DNA of 64,000 bases, taken from assembly GCA_964199315.1 (NCBI GenBank), contig OZ116709.1:11594001-11658000 (forward strand). Direction: 5' to 3'. This stretch comes from Orbicella franksi. Taxonomy: Eukaryota. A model generated the notes under the pieces. That model was not told the origin of the DNA and ran no database searches. It saw nothing but the letters and a program-made list of their open reading frames with translations. The stretch's first letter is position 1, and every line of letters starts with the position of its first letter. Shown here piece after piece: positions 44,396-58,500 of the stretch. Both the position numbers and the translations under genes were made by a program.

Positions 44396-47300
44396 GAGTG
44401 GATGTCTCTAAAAATCAAAGAAAAATAAAAAAATTGCGGACATGGTCAAAAATTCGTTTCGTCCCATTTTTTGTCTACAGGTAGCTATAGGTACAAGCTA
44501 AAGTGAAATGAGGTTAGTTTGTGTAAATATTCATTTTGACGGGAATAAACTGTTATGAATTGCATGATCGAAAATCAGTGCGTACGAGCTCGAAATTATG
44601 TAGTTTTCAGGCCGTCTTTAGATGAACTAAAATGCCACAGCAGGAATTCTCTAGTTATAAATATATACAGTTGGCCTTCCTTTACCAAGATATACTGATA
44701 TTTTTTGTATCGTGTCCTTCCTGATGAAACCACGGGTTAATTACCAGAGGACGTCTTCGCCATTTTTAGTTCACGTCAAACCCGGCCTAATATATTGTGA
44801 CAAAAATGCATGTGGTAGTGTCTCAAAATTTCCAGCAATACTATCACGAGGGCTTATAAGGTAGGTCTTCAAATTTATCGTTTCATTTTTCTGGTATCTT
44901 CTACTGTTTCAATATACCAACCAACCAAACTTCGGTAAAATTGTAAATGGCGCCATATTGAAATGAACAACATCAACATTGCAGTGACACAAGCAAAGCA
45001 TTGTTTGAGTCGCAGCCACACTTAGCTTGTTACGTTTGCTTTGACATCAATAGTTCCTTACCTTAGAAATCTTTTATAGGCCCTTATTATGCCGCTTGGA
45101 AGATACTTGCGAAACACTGTCCTCTGCAAGTTGGTGTAAAGGGGGCCGACCGGCGCACTCATTGAAGCCACTGAGCCGGTGATGAGTAAACTTTAAAAGT
45201 TACTTGTTGTCGTCATTTTCTATAGCGTGTCGCAACCCAGTTTCGTTTAGTCTACTTTGATCCTAATTTTGGCTTTTTTGACGTCCCATACACAAAAGAT
45301 CCTGTACAACACGGCAAGCACCGCTAGCGATTTGCACAGGTTCCTGTCTGCGTGTCGGACTGCGTGACATGTGATAATCTGTCACGTAACGGGATCAACT
45401 AACAATACATTCTGCCTCACGAAAAAAATCTAAACGAATATATTGCCGTCATGAACAAAAAAGAAACAACAAAGAAACAGACTTCACAAAATGTCACAAA
45501 TTTAAAACGTACAGTGAAAACTTTATGGAACGAAAATAACGATTCAATTTTCCCACGGGAAACAAATGTAACCAGTTAACGAAAGTAAACAAAAAGCAAA
45601 AGCGTAATAATCGTCGGTGAAAGTAATAAAGATAACGGTTGCTTAAACTCCAGCAGAAAAAAAATGTCTTGTGCTTTCCTTGATATTGTTGGTGGCGTTT
45701 GTGGTGCAGAGGAACGCACAAGGCATCCGTCCACTCAGACAGTATCGCTGTCATCGTGCAGCAAGGATATCAGAAGCCACAAGCGTTTTCTACAGTTTTC
45801 AGGTGTTGAGACAGAGATTGAACTTATCTGCGCAAGAAGCGGGATTTTCGTGAAGCCCGTCAATTTTTCGGAAATGACTGTTTGCCCGTTACATCGATCA
45901 AGCCTTCGAATCGGATGGAGAAGAGCTAGTAGATTATGTTCTGTGCCTCAGGATGTCTCCGGTCACAAAAAGGAATCTGAAAAAGTACCCGCAGCAGAAA
46001 GGGGAATTAGTTTGCAGCACTCAATACAAATTTTTGAGCTTACGAAAAACCTCGTACCCGTCGGATCAGGTAAGTGGTTACAATGTTTATTCTCACTTTA
46101 TGCAAGGATAAACATCCGTATAGCTTCTCGTTTCACGCAGGGTACTTGGCGTGAATCACAGACTTCATATCCTTACTTCAAATCACTTCACTGCCGCGTA
46201 AAATAACGCCAAGTTTAACAGCAAAATTATTTTCATGTCTCACGAGTTTTAAGGATTTTTGCAAATACTTTTACGTCGGAATCTTGTTCAAACACTGGCA
46301 TTTACTCAACATTTTCACCTTCTTCAAGACTTATTCAAAAGGGGAACACTCGAATTGAAATATTTTACAGATACTAGAATTCCTTCCAACAGTGCTCGGA
46401 AAAAAGGAAAGGAACGTAAAAGACTGACTTGTGACAAGGTAAAATACAGATTGCGTAATCAATTTGAGGTTTGTGGGGCTTTTTTCCTGGGCTAGGTTTG
46501 TTCTTTCGCCACATTCAGAGCTATTTGTTCAAGGGGGATGTGTAAAGTAGAAAAGAATAAATTAATCCTTTCTCTCCAAATATTAAGGGAATTTGTGTAC
46601 GATGTCGACAGTCCCTGGCAAAAACTAAAAATCGGTTAGAATCGCAGAACTTGGGTGCCACAGGAGGTGTGGAAAACATCACAGAAGGTCTATGTGGTCT
46701 AAGCTTGGTGAGTTTCTTCAAAGTGTTTATGAAAAATTTCCATCCAATATAGTTAATGAAAGTGAAAAACCTTAACGCATTCTCTGAATTCTCCCTTCTC
46801 CGCCCTTTTCTGGGGTTCAACCCACGCAGGAGAAGGGCGTGTCCAGGATAACTTGCATGCACATCCTCAAAACGCCGCCATTGCCGCCCGTCAACGACTG
46901 GGCAAGGCCATACATGGCACAAGAATTGGAAAAACGTGCCCTGCCCGGATAGCCAATCACATCCCAGAATATAGCCAAATAATAAAGGTTTTAAATTAAT
47001 ATATGACTTTTCAACTTTTTTTCTAAATGTTCCAAATGGAAAATAATACTGAGTAGTAACTGGATAAAGATATCAGGATAGGTTACCAGTCAATTAAATT
47101 AATTATCGACTATTACTTTCCAGCTCGTATGCGACTTGCGCTTTTATACACGACACCCCGCGCTTGCACACGGTTGACCTCATTTCGAAGCCATCCAAAG
47201 CAATGTGTTCACTTTTTTGTCAGGTTGATGAACAAGCGAGTGACTTTGATATTCCTGCCATTACTTGTCCGGTAACTGTTGGTGATGAATCTCTGCCAGA

Positions 47301-50300
47301 AGGTTCCACATCCAGACGGCAGAGCCTTTTTTTCCGCAAGAAGATTTCGAAGAGAGTGATGAAGGCTCCAGTCTAGACAACGAGCCCCAGTTGCAGCTTA
47401 ATCGCTTCTTACAGCTTCGAGACGTCAGTCTAGTACGTCACACGTTATCAGTGCCGTGGAATACAGCGCACGAGCGTACTAAACGCAGATACCTACGGAA
47501 AACTCAACAATGTATATCTGCAATGCTTGATGTCCTGGCACCTGAAAATTCGCAAGAACTGTGGACGGAGCTTTGTGATCGTCATGCTGCAAGCAGAGGG
47601 AGTCAGGTTGTGGTCGAAGGCAGAAGTGAAAAAGAGACGGAGCTTCTTAGTGCATTTGCTGAGAGCTACTTGAACGCGCAACATTGGAGCACCAGACAAC
47701 AAATACTCTCTTTGATGGCAGATAAGTTACCCCTTAAGGAGATGAGAGAGTTTATTCCAGCCGTTACTAGCTATCGCTACAACATTGCCCGACGCCACAG
47801 GCTGTTACATGGAAGAGCTGCTCCTCTTCCAAACCAGGAGAAAAAGAGAATGAGGATTGAACCTGTAAAATAAGAACATTTTGTTTCTTTCATAACGAGT
47901 CCACACGTAATTCAAGATGTTCCTTTTGGGGAAAAACTTCTGAAAATGTCAACTGGTGAGATCATAAAAACACCCAATGTGATCAGAACAATGATACCAG
48001 AGCGCATTGTCCAGCAGTATCAACAATACTGCTGTGAAACCAACTTTGAGCCTATGAGTAAGAGAACCATACAGAGAGTTTTGGCCGTGTGTTCTTCATC
48101 TGTTCGCAAGTCTCTGCAAGGACTTGATAACGTATCAGCACAACGGGCGGAAGCATTTGATCATTTAGAGAAACTCGTAGACAAGCTTGTTGACTGTGGC
48201 AAGACTCAGCAGTGGGCGAGGGAAATTAAGCAGCAACTTCGTTTGTCGAAGCAGTACCTAAAGGGCGACTACAAGGTGGGTGGATATTTTATAATTATGG
48301 GTTACCTTTGCGGAAGTGATGTAGTAGACTTCTTACTATGATACATGGCTACCTTTTTCTTTCTCTCCAAGTCTTTTTTATGTTTAATTCATGAAACAAG
48401 AGGTTGCAATTCACTGTAATACGCTTACACACATGTATACAACGCTGAGAATCGGTTAAGTAATCTTTTTGAAATGTCGATGCGTATGCGTTGCTTTGCA
48501 AATATGCACTGAATCACGCGGTTGTCATTCTACTTTTTTTTAGGTACATGCAGTGGAGGCCTCAGAGGTTCCCGATCATTGTCGAATTTATGCGCTAAGC
48601 GATCCAAGCAATGCAGAATTTCGGGGCTCCTGCGACCACTTCCACAATGAGTCATGTGTGCAGTGTTATGAGTTAGAGTCATGCGTACCATAAAAGATAA
48701 GTGTTCAATTGCGCTCTCGTCAGCAGAAGATCAAGCTGACATGCTGCATACTATCAAACAGGCAAGGGATGATATCATTAGCTGGAAAGCCCATCAGCTA
48801 CGTTCAGTCCACCAAGCTGAGGCAAAGCATTCAGTTTTAGCCAAACTCGACAGCCGATGGGTGCTGTTAGTCTAGGACTGGGCAATGAAATATATGCCCC
48901 GAAAATATCGAGAGGCACACTCAGATTGGTTTGCGAAGCGAGGATTGCCATGGCACATTAGCGTTGCCATAAGACGGTCAGAGGGTTCTGAGCACTTTGA
49001 ATCGCAAACACTTGTTCACGTATTTCAAAGCTGCGCCCAAGACAGTGTGACTGTGGCTTCGATAATGCTTGACTGCCTCAGTACCCTGAAAAAGGAAATT
49101 CCAGACCTGGAAATGGCTTATTACAAACAAGATAACGCTGGCTGTTATCACAGCGGAAATTCAATCATCTCAGTTAAGCTGGCCGGTGATGCCGTAGGAG
49201 TGGCTGTTCTAAGAAACGACTTCTCGGACCCTGAAGGTGGAAAGAGGGTATTTGATCGCAAAGCAGCAACAATCAAAGGAGACGTTGGAAGGTACGTAAA
49301 CGAAGGCAATGATGTCATGAACGCTTTACAGCTCAAAACAGCCATTGAATCTGGCCAAATCTGAACCACAGGAGTGAACGCAAGCTATGTTGCTGCCAAG
49401 CCGTCAAGTACCTTTAATATCAAATGGGATGGCATAAGCTTACTCAACAATTTTGAGTACAATGAAACTGGCGTACGAGTGTGGAGAGCATTCAATGTGG
49501 GTTCTGGTAAAGTAGTGCCATGGGCAAAGTTCGAAGGAGTCATGAAGCAGCCCGAAAAATTGGAAATCCTAGAACCCCTTCGCTGAATGTAAGTGGCGCA
49601 CCGCCGTTCAAGATTGTGAGACACCGACATATCAAGAAAAGCTTTGTCAAAGCAAATTTCTCAACTGAAAACGAAAACCAAGATCGAAGCAGTATTGGTC
49701 AAAATAAGCCAGATGACATGCTTTCCCGTGTCCAGAGGAAGGATGTGTAAAAGCATGCAGTCGCTTTGCGAACCTCCAGACACACCTAGATACTGGAAAA
49801 CACCAAATGATGCTCGAACAGGAAACTCTCTATGATAGAGCTAAAAGAGAATATTCTTCCAAGGTGACGGAGGGATGCAGTCGAAATCCAAGCGTTCAAG
49901 TTACTGTCCAAGCAAAGAGTGACGCCTTGCCGCCTCTTCCAATGGGTTGGGCCCTGAAGACAATTAAGAAAAAGGTGCGTTTTACAAAGAAACAGAGCGA
50001 ATTCTTAACTGACCAAGGGGAGCAAAGTGGACGGAAAAGCGATCTACAGGAAGTCTCGAAAGCAATGAGCTTAGCAAGAGACCAAGCGGGGGAACGTCGA
50101 TTTCAACCTGATGAAGTCCTTACGTCGCAGCAGATTAGTGGCTTCTTTAGCCTTCTTTCAGCAAAGAAGCGATTAGAAGTTACAGCCGCTTGTAACGAAG
50201 CAAAAGCTAGTGAAGTCTCAGAAGTGGCCACGGAGAGTGCCGACGAGGACGAAATTTCCGCCGAAGCTGAGAGTCATCTATCTGCTGTGTATGCGAATGT

Positions 50301-51608
50301 GATGAGAGATGTGGCTATTCAGCATCCGATTGTATTTTTCGATCTTAACGTCTCCGAACTTGTACAAAAACGTACACTCACAACTTTAAGAGTGGATAGG
50401 CTAAGAGACATGTGCATCGACCTTGGGCTGGATATTTCTGACATTTCACCTCAGAAGAGGAAAAAGCCATACATCGCACGACTCACACAATTAGTCCAGG
50501 AGTGTACCTGCACTTCCAAGTAACTGAGCACTGTGCGTTTCACGAATAACTGATCCGCTGATTATAAAAGGCGGTGCGTATATAATTTTTAAGAGGGCGT
50601 TGCGTGACAGCAGAGTTCTACATATCGCATTTCAGTCACTCGAGCTCGCCACTGCTTGTGGCATCTCCTCCAATTTGTGTTGACGATTTTCAGTATAGTC
50701 GAAACTGGCGAGTGCAGAAGGCGCAGAAGGGATGCAAATGCTCGAATTCATGTTCACTGGATGCGAAGCAAACGTAAACTAATGGCTGTGTGGCAGAGTT
50801 AACCTGTTGTGTGCAATTCAATTGTTCAACCTGTTGTGTGCAGAATTACGCAGAATTATGGCGCGATTCACAGGGTAGGAAGAGTCGAAATTTGTTTCTC
50901 CTGTCACAGTATATGAAAATCAAGTGTAGTTATAGACATTTTAATGTTTCTAGTCATTTCAACGGCCAGTGAAGATATAACTGACCAAAACAGTTATTTG
51001 TGTACAACGCGTTTAATTTTGTAATTATACATCTCATTATGGCGTCATAGTATTTAACCGAATTACGGCCGGTGGTCATCTTTTGATTGTCAAAGGTCCC
51101 AAAGAAATAAAACCCAAATCGTAAAGAACTATCTTTCAAGGCTTCTTCGTAGTGTTATTGTAAACTTTGAGACACTACCATATGTATTTTTTGCCAAGCT
51201 ATTCTAGGCCACCTTTGCCTTAATTTCAAAAGGCCGAAGATGTCGTCTCTTAACAGAGACGTAGCTCCTCCAGGAATAACACGAGACAATAACTATCACT
51301 TTGTCTTCATAGAGCAAGTCCAACTCTATATTTCTATAGCTAGGAAAGTCCTTCTGTTACATTTTTGTTCGTATGACAACTGCCCGAAAAGTGCATAATT
51401 TTAGGATCGCGCTTGGTGAAATTTGAGCAATTGGCTCGTCGAAAGTTTTTATCGGTTTATTCCCGTTAAAGTGCCTATTTCAAACATCTAACCCCATTTC
51501 CGTTTGTTTACTATACAAGGCTACCTACAGGCAAAAAATGAGCCAAATCGATTTTTGGCCGTGTCCGCGATTTTTTCGATGATCTTTGATTTTTAGTGAC
51601 ATTTACTC
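44396..51608 (+). mobile_element. Sola3-like DNA transposon, 7.2 kb, with long diverged TIRs
   Basis: TTAA-GAG... (44392-44398) and ...CTC-TTAA (51606-51612). The TIR similarity (atgtc.ctaaaaatcaaaga, cgggaataaac, ggtagtgtctcaaa, ttacgtttgctt) can be followed for ~600-850 bp. GAG/CTC termini, TTAA TSD and long TIRs are the described Sola3 hallmarks. Confidence 0.8.
45664..50523 (+). pseudogene. Spliced, decayed transposase of the Sola3-like element
   Basis: Exon 45664-46069 (donor TCAG|gtaagt) and intron 48276-48543 (YK|VH). Candidate catalytic motifs (Q)DWAMKYMPRKYREAHSDWFAKRG, QDNAGCYH and SDPEGGKRVFDRKAA. In-frame stops at 47871, 48873 and 49362, plus frameshifts. Confidence 0.8.
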
Positions 51609-52588
51609 TTAACAGCTCGATCAGTTAAGAACTACAATAGCTAAAACTTTGGAAAAAATTGAACAGTAAAAGAGCTAGAGATTAAATGTAGTTAGGTCGG
51701 AGACCAAAGTGGAAATAGTTTTCTGGGTATTTTTTCAGCTTTGTCAGAGTTGCTGTGTAGGTGTCTTGCCGGTGAAAAAAAATTGGAGCTAAGGTCAATC
51801 ATACCTTTACTGCAGTCGAAGCACCTATATGTAGTTCATAAGGCGGGACCATCACAATGACACAAAACTAAATGCAGTTAAGTAAGGTTTATTCAAAGGA
51901 TACATAAACGACAACTGAAGACCCACTTGCAAGTAAGTACTGTAAAATAAAGGTCAATGATTATGCTAATTAAGAGTGTGTATACGTGACGAGCTGATCA
52001 GGAGTTGCCAGCAAGAGTATAAGTCTTAGTCAGCATTAAGCAGCGCACGATTCAAAGCCTGAATTTTCTGTTTACGGAATGGTCTTCATGACTGCATAAC
52101 TGGTAACTGGAAAAATAATAACGATGAATAACATAATATCAATCTCATAAGCAGTCGTCGATAAACGTGATTTCGACTTCGGAATATGTGCGTGCGAAAG
52201 TGATTTTTAAGAGTGCCGACTTGTTTACTATTTCATATGAATTGTAATGCAGGCAAATGTCCGTTTTCCAGATTTAGTCATGAAACAGGCCGCCATGCAT
52301 AATTCAACAACTTCGTTTTCAATGTAAACACGTCCTGAGAAAATCAATTATTAAAGAGAAGTTTTCTGACTCATCAACGAAGGGCTGCGATGCGCATTTA
52401 AAGGAGATCTCGAAGAGTGTTTCAAAGATCACTGGCTGATTGTTTCAGGAGGAACTGACCCTGGAATCGATTTGCTTGCAAAAACACAAAAGCTTTAAAA
52501 ATTACGGAACGTAATTTCACCGCTTGGAAAGAAAACACACGGACTATTGCCTTCACGGAGTATTTCAGTATCCTGAAATAAGCTCACA

Positions 52589-55500
52589 ATGTGGAAGTCT
52601 TTCGTACCGGCTTTTCTCCACGCCTTTTTCCTTTTAGCATTGACGTCCCAAGACAAAGCGACGCTGATCAAAATAGGTAAGCTAAAAGAATAAGAAAACC
52701 TAGCTAGCCCTTTTTGAGACTCATGTTATGAGAAAATGAAAAGTTGTAGCCAGACGAAAGTACATCACAGCGCCTGCAAGCCTTTTCAAACAGCGAAATC
52801 AAGGTATGTTCGGAGTTTTTGTATGCGTTCTTGAAAGAAAGTGTTTGTTGAAAGATTATTTTCTGATAGCCACTACTTTCAGCCGTTTTGTTAACAAAAT
52901 GTAAACCCAGGAAATAGAATCAAAGCATGAAAATTCTTTTTGTCTAAGAAAATACGAAATTAAATATCAGAAGATAATTCAGCTGAGAAATTGTCATTTC
53001 GAATAACTGAGTTGAATTAAACACAACTTTGTTAGCTAATTTTGGCCTCGCACTCTTTTGTTATGTCAGAAATATAAAAGTTTTATGGTGTTTTCGTGGA
53101 ATTGATAAAATTCTAAATAAAATCCGTATGCTCCAAATCGCTGAGGTAAAACTCAAGAACTGTGTCATAGATCTTTATTTAAGATATGGTTTTCTTCAAA
53201 GAAAAACGAAGAATCGTTTTACTCGAGTCAAAGAATTTGATGTACTTAACAAAAGGGATAGCTAACGATTGATTTAGGAATAAAACGTGAGAAAGCTGCA
53301 AAAACATAATTAATCTTGCGTACAGCCTGATCATATTGTGGTTAACAAACCAGATGTTGACAAAATACCGTCATACTAGAAGCACATCATTACTGATGGT
53401 GAAGATTCATTTACACAACTTGGCAACTTATGATTATTTTACATTGCTCCAACATTTTCCAACACTTTCTCTGGAAATAAATAGTTTAGGTCATCATATC
53501 TTAAATACATTTTCTCACATGCATATTTTGCAAAATGGGAAGACGTTTTTCATGACCGAAGCGTAGTCAAAATTTATCCGGCAACATTTTCACTGTAAAA
53601 CAGATTAATATTTCATTGACACCAAGTGAAATTCATATAATGGAGAGTTTTAATTACGGCCAAAGGTGAGCTTTCTAGAGCATGTGTTGTCATTACAGTT
53701 CAGCCTGCTCAAAATACAGCTGTAGGGCTGTTCATGATAACGTTCAGTTTATTCAATAATGAAACAACGATAACAAGAACCAATCAGCCAAATTATACAA
53801 AACTTTGTAGAAAACGCTCTCGGTGTGGAATCTTTCGGTTCAAATCTCGGTAAAATCTATGTAGTTAGTCAAAATTGTGTAGCTAAGAGTCAGTCACTTT
53901 AATAAAGTGTTACTTCTTCTTATTTTTTCCTCGGACGTAGCTCGAGCGGAGCGAGAATCGAAGATTGTTTACTTATGTGGCAGTCCGCTAACAAACCACT
54001 TTTCCTCGCCAGGGGCGTTGTACAACAAAGACAGCGAAAGTCTTAAAAGTGTTCTTGAGGACGTCTTTAGGAACGAGTTGCCACGGATACTTAAGACGTA
54101 TGACTACAGATTAGTGTTAACTCCTCTGAGTGTTGATGGGTAGGATCTTCTTTCTAAAGGTATGTAAAAAATGAACACGTCGCGTTAACTTTCAGTCGTT
54201 GAGGCCGTTTTTAATTCTCTTTTTCCGTTTGTTTATACGGTAGACATACTGTTGCTAATTGCTTTCTGTATTTCCATATTTTTAACGGAGGCGGCGTGGC
54301 CGAGTGGTTTAGGGCGCTGGATTTGAAATCTGGAGGTCCCTGGTTCAAATCCATCGCCCTACCGCTATCTGGATTTGTTCTCGGTAGCCCCGAGTTCAAC
54401 TCCTCGGCCGCGTTGTGTAAATAGCCAACTGGTCAGCCTCCCACCAGTTGGGGTTCTTAACAGTTTATGTTATATTTGAAATATTTGTTTATTTATTTAC
54501 AGTGTCCCCAATTAGCACATTAGTGCTAAATACATCGACACTTAAATAAAGTGATTATTATTATTATTATGTTTCACGCTACGTTTCATATTGCAAACCA
54601 GTTTCATTTGGCTAAGTTTACTTTTTAACATCAGCGTTGAAGCTACTCTTCGCTATGCTCTTACATCTAATCTGTACATCTTTTCTTAAAAATGACATGG
54701 GTTCTTGGTTTCACGAAAATGACTGTGAGATTAGAATTCATGTTCATATGGAAGGTTTTACATCTGCACTCAGTTTTGAAGCAGAAGTAAATTCTCTTGA
54801 TAGCTTTAGGTGTCAGAGAAATAAGCTTTTCCGTCAGTTTGCGTCGCTCAGCCATGATACCTTGTCAATCATTTCTTTTGAGTGAAGAAAGTAGTGCCAT
54901 TAAAATTTTGACAATATATTCTACACGGAATTGCTGTTTAAATGAACCAGAAAACATTTAGATGTACAAAAAATTCTATAAATATCAATAATATTTCCCC
55001 TGTCCGCAGTTTTGATACATAGGACATCACATGGCTGCCACTATGTGCAAACAACTGTAGCTCTTTTGTTACGTAACAAAAAGACGCAGCCAGCAATAGC
55101 AGATACTTGAAGGCTGTGTTTACATGGCAACCTATCAATGCGAAAAATTTTGGCTATGATGTCACCGTACGTAGGGTGATCTTCTTTGTTTCCTTCCTCT
55201 TGCAGATGTAGCGTCTAACTTCTCTTCAGTGTTTTCTATTATCGACTTGGCGTGCAACGATGAAAAAGCCTTTGCGTTAAGTTCACTCCTGCAAGTTCCT
55301 CTGATAAAAGTAGACGCCATTGAAGACGAAACTCCTCACAAATACGCCATGTCTATTAGACCGTCGTATCGTGTTGTCAGCAAGGCTCTGTTCGATGTGA
55401 TGAAATTTTACTCATTTAATCGAGTAGCTGTTGTCTATGATGGTAAGTGCATGTAATTATAGTTCTGCATATACAGTAGAAACCCAATTTTTTGAACCTT

Positions 55501-58500
55501 CAAAGAAAACGAAAATTAGGTTGAAAAATCGGGCAGCTCGAGAAATCCGAGGTAAAATTACAGTATTCGAGTGAGGGGAAAGAAACGAGTTTTGATTCAA
55601 GTTATCGAACCATGACGGTGTTTGGATATCTGATCATAATTAGCGTAGGCTTTTTAAATTTTTTTTCCTCCCTTTTCTCCTTAGTTTTAGCTTCGATTGA
55701 GAAGATATAGAAAACTAAAACTCATGACAATGTGTGACCAAATTTAAAAATACCTCGAAGCTCGTCAAAAGTATCATTTTCAACTGTCATCTCGGTGTTT
55801 GGAAATGTGGCCAAACACGGTCCTTCGTGTTTGATATATTACTTTACGAGTTTGGACTGTATGCCAATACGCTTTGTTTTTATCTCAATTTCAGCTCGCA
55901 AGTCCCGACAGGCTTCCGTGTTCTATGCATCAGCTCGCAAGTGGACGCAGTATAACGCTGAAATGATGCCAGAGCTTCCTTTAGATAATAAGTACAAGCT
56001 GAGAGAAGCCCTTACTTCCCTCCTAAAATCACACATCAAACAGGTTAAACTCTTCAGCGATCAAAGGGACTTAACGAAGATTATGAACGAGGTAACATGA
56101 TACTGGTGCAATAATATTCCATAATGGTCTTGGCCATGATTTGGTTCTGGTTAGCTCCCTGGGCGTTTCGAAGTTTTCAAACACGCAAACCAACTTCACC
56201 GATTTATTTTGTTTGAAACTTTGTATAACGAAAGCAGTTTTCTTTTATGGAGTGGTGAGAAACCCTTTTATAAGTAATTCTGGTGTATTAGCTTGGGACA
56301 ATAGAAAAAAGCAACTCGTAACGTACTTGCTAGTTGCTATCGCAGCATTCATTAGGGTAGGATCGTTAATGTTTTCCCGATCTTTACATTTATCACCACT
56401 GATTTTATTTCTACCACGAGCTTATTTCAACTACTAGGAGTGAAAACTGAGACTGTCGCACTCGTAGTCAATAGAAAGAAAATACATTGGCCAGTGGCGC
56501 GCACTAATACAACAGTTTTTGAAAACTGCTGTTTCATTACCACGCTTTCTTATTTTATATTTTTCTGGTCGTTACAGGCACTGTTCGTGGGAATCAATGA
56601 CAAGGATTTAAAGTGGATAGCCTCCGATTTGGTAAGGCTTTGTTATTTCATGTTTTGCTTTTATAAATTGTTTCTTGATCGATTTCCCGACATTCAAGAT
56701 ATCTTAAAGACAATTTTACTACATCAGTCCTAAAAATAACCGTTTTCACTCAAGAGACAGATAACTCCTCCGAAAAGAGTTATCTGAAAAGAGTTATCTG
56801 TGAAACAGGACAATCATGATTTCAAACGTATAACTCGTACGATTTTATCCTTGTACTTTTCTGTTGGTTCAGGTAAATCACTGAGTAATATTGTATTACC
56901 TTCCTGGTCTATAAAGCAATCCCGAGTTAATAATTATTCAGTGATACTTGCTCATTTTGAAATCAACAGGAAGTGGCCGGTCCTAACAAGACATATCCAG
57001 CCATTCTTGGCATGGTGGGACTAAGTCTTCACCTCAGCAATGAAATCGCTGCGAAAGACTACGAAAAGAGAGCCTCAGAAGCCATCCAGAGAGGAGCCCT
57101 TGATTACTCCCTGGTGAGTATCGCGAAAACGGGAAGGAAGCATAACATGTTGGCGGAAGAGTTGGCGTTTTTTCGCTTTGGTTTTGCTCTAGTTCATGTT
57201 ATGCTCAAATATATCACGTGAAAAATACGCCAATACTATGGGCAATGAGAGTTTCGTCTGTCTTTCAATAATATTGATTACCATATAGCTGAAAATGCCA
57301 GGACATTCTCAGTGAATATATTTGTATTAGAGTTCGAATGGTAATGTTCAGACAGACAGTGATTTCAATTAGTTTCAATATAATAATTGTATGTTTACCG
57401 AAACTCCGTTCGTTTCGATTCCCTTGCGAAAATCGAGGAAAGTACGACTATAACTCGTAGCAACAGAGGCCAGACCACTTACTTGATAATTACTTTTGAA
57501 GCAGGGATGGCGCGGTACTTAGATCGCTCGCCTCCTACCATTCCTCCTACCGGGTTAAATTCCGGCCCGGTGCCATATGTGGGTTGAGTTTGTTGTTGGT
57601 TCCCGCCTTGCCTCGGGGTTTTTTCTCCGGGTATTCTGGTTTTCCTTCCTCCACAACAAACATCTCCAAATTCCAATGCGACCAGGATAGAAGATCCGCA
57701 TTAAAAACCAGCAAAGGCTGATGTGGCTTGCTGTCTAAATACTGTGATTTAATTTCCTAAACGACTTTTTAATGAATTAAGTTCATCTTTCCTTAAGGCA
57801 ATGTACGCCGCAGTATATGATACAGCCGTCGTGGTCGGGAAAGCAATGGAAACAATCCTGATGAGCCCGGAGGGGAGAAAGATGATACATTCATACGGAA
57901 ACGATGTGAACTGTCCTTTGCGAAGTATGGTGAAAGAGGGTGAAGGACTGGGACAAAGAATACTGCATGAGTTAAGAAAGGTGGGGGAAATACGAATCCT
58001 GCTCTCGCCTGATGTCATTAACACTCCGAAAACAATAGTACATGAGCTGAGAATTAGGCAAAATACTGTACCCTATCCCCAAGGACGGACTTGGTGATAA
58101 GACAGCGAGAGAGAGTGTGTATCAAAGGGATACACTCGGAAAAAAAAATACAACGAAGCGACGTTAAATAAAATGCACTCAGTGAATTGCTTATGTGGTG
58201 ACTAATTTCAATTTTGATTTCCAAAACTCCATAACATCTCTAGTATTACGCTTGGTTTTTTCTCTCTCGCTCTGATCCTATGTCATGCCAGATGTTTATT
58301 TATAATTATTCATATTCATATTCATATCATTATTCATTTATAAGTATTCATAGAGAAAATGCTTGTGTTCTCATCGTGGAGCGACAGATTCAAGAGGTTT
58401 GGTTATTCTTTGGATTAATTTCCCAAGGCAACATGTGCTTTAGACTCTAGAACGTTTTCTGTGATATTATAATGGCAGTTAATAAGGGACATCAAGAGAG

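Noticed and set aside
54287-54365. tRNA-like sequence with A and B boxes
   Set aside because: It continues into a SINE body and (ATT)n tail, a second copy lies at 42735-42926, and the acceptor stem does not close. It is a SINE head, not a tRNA gene.
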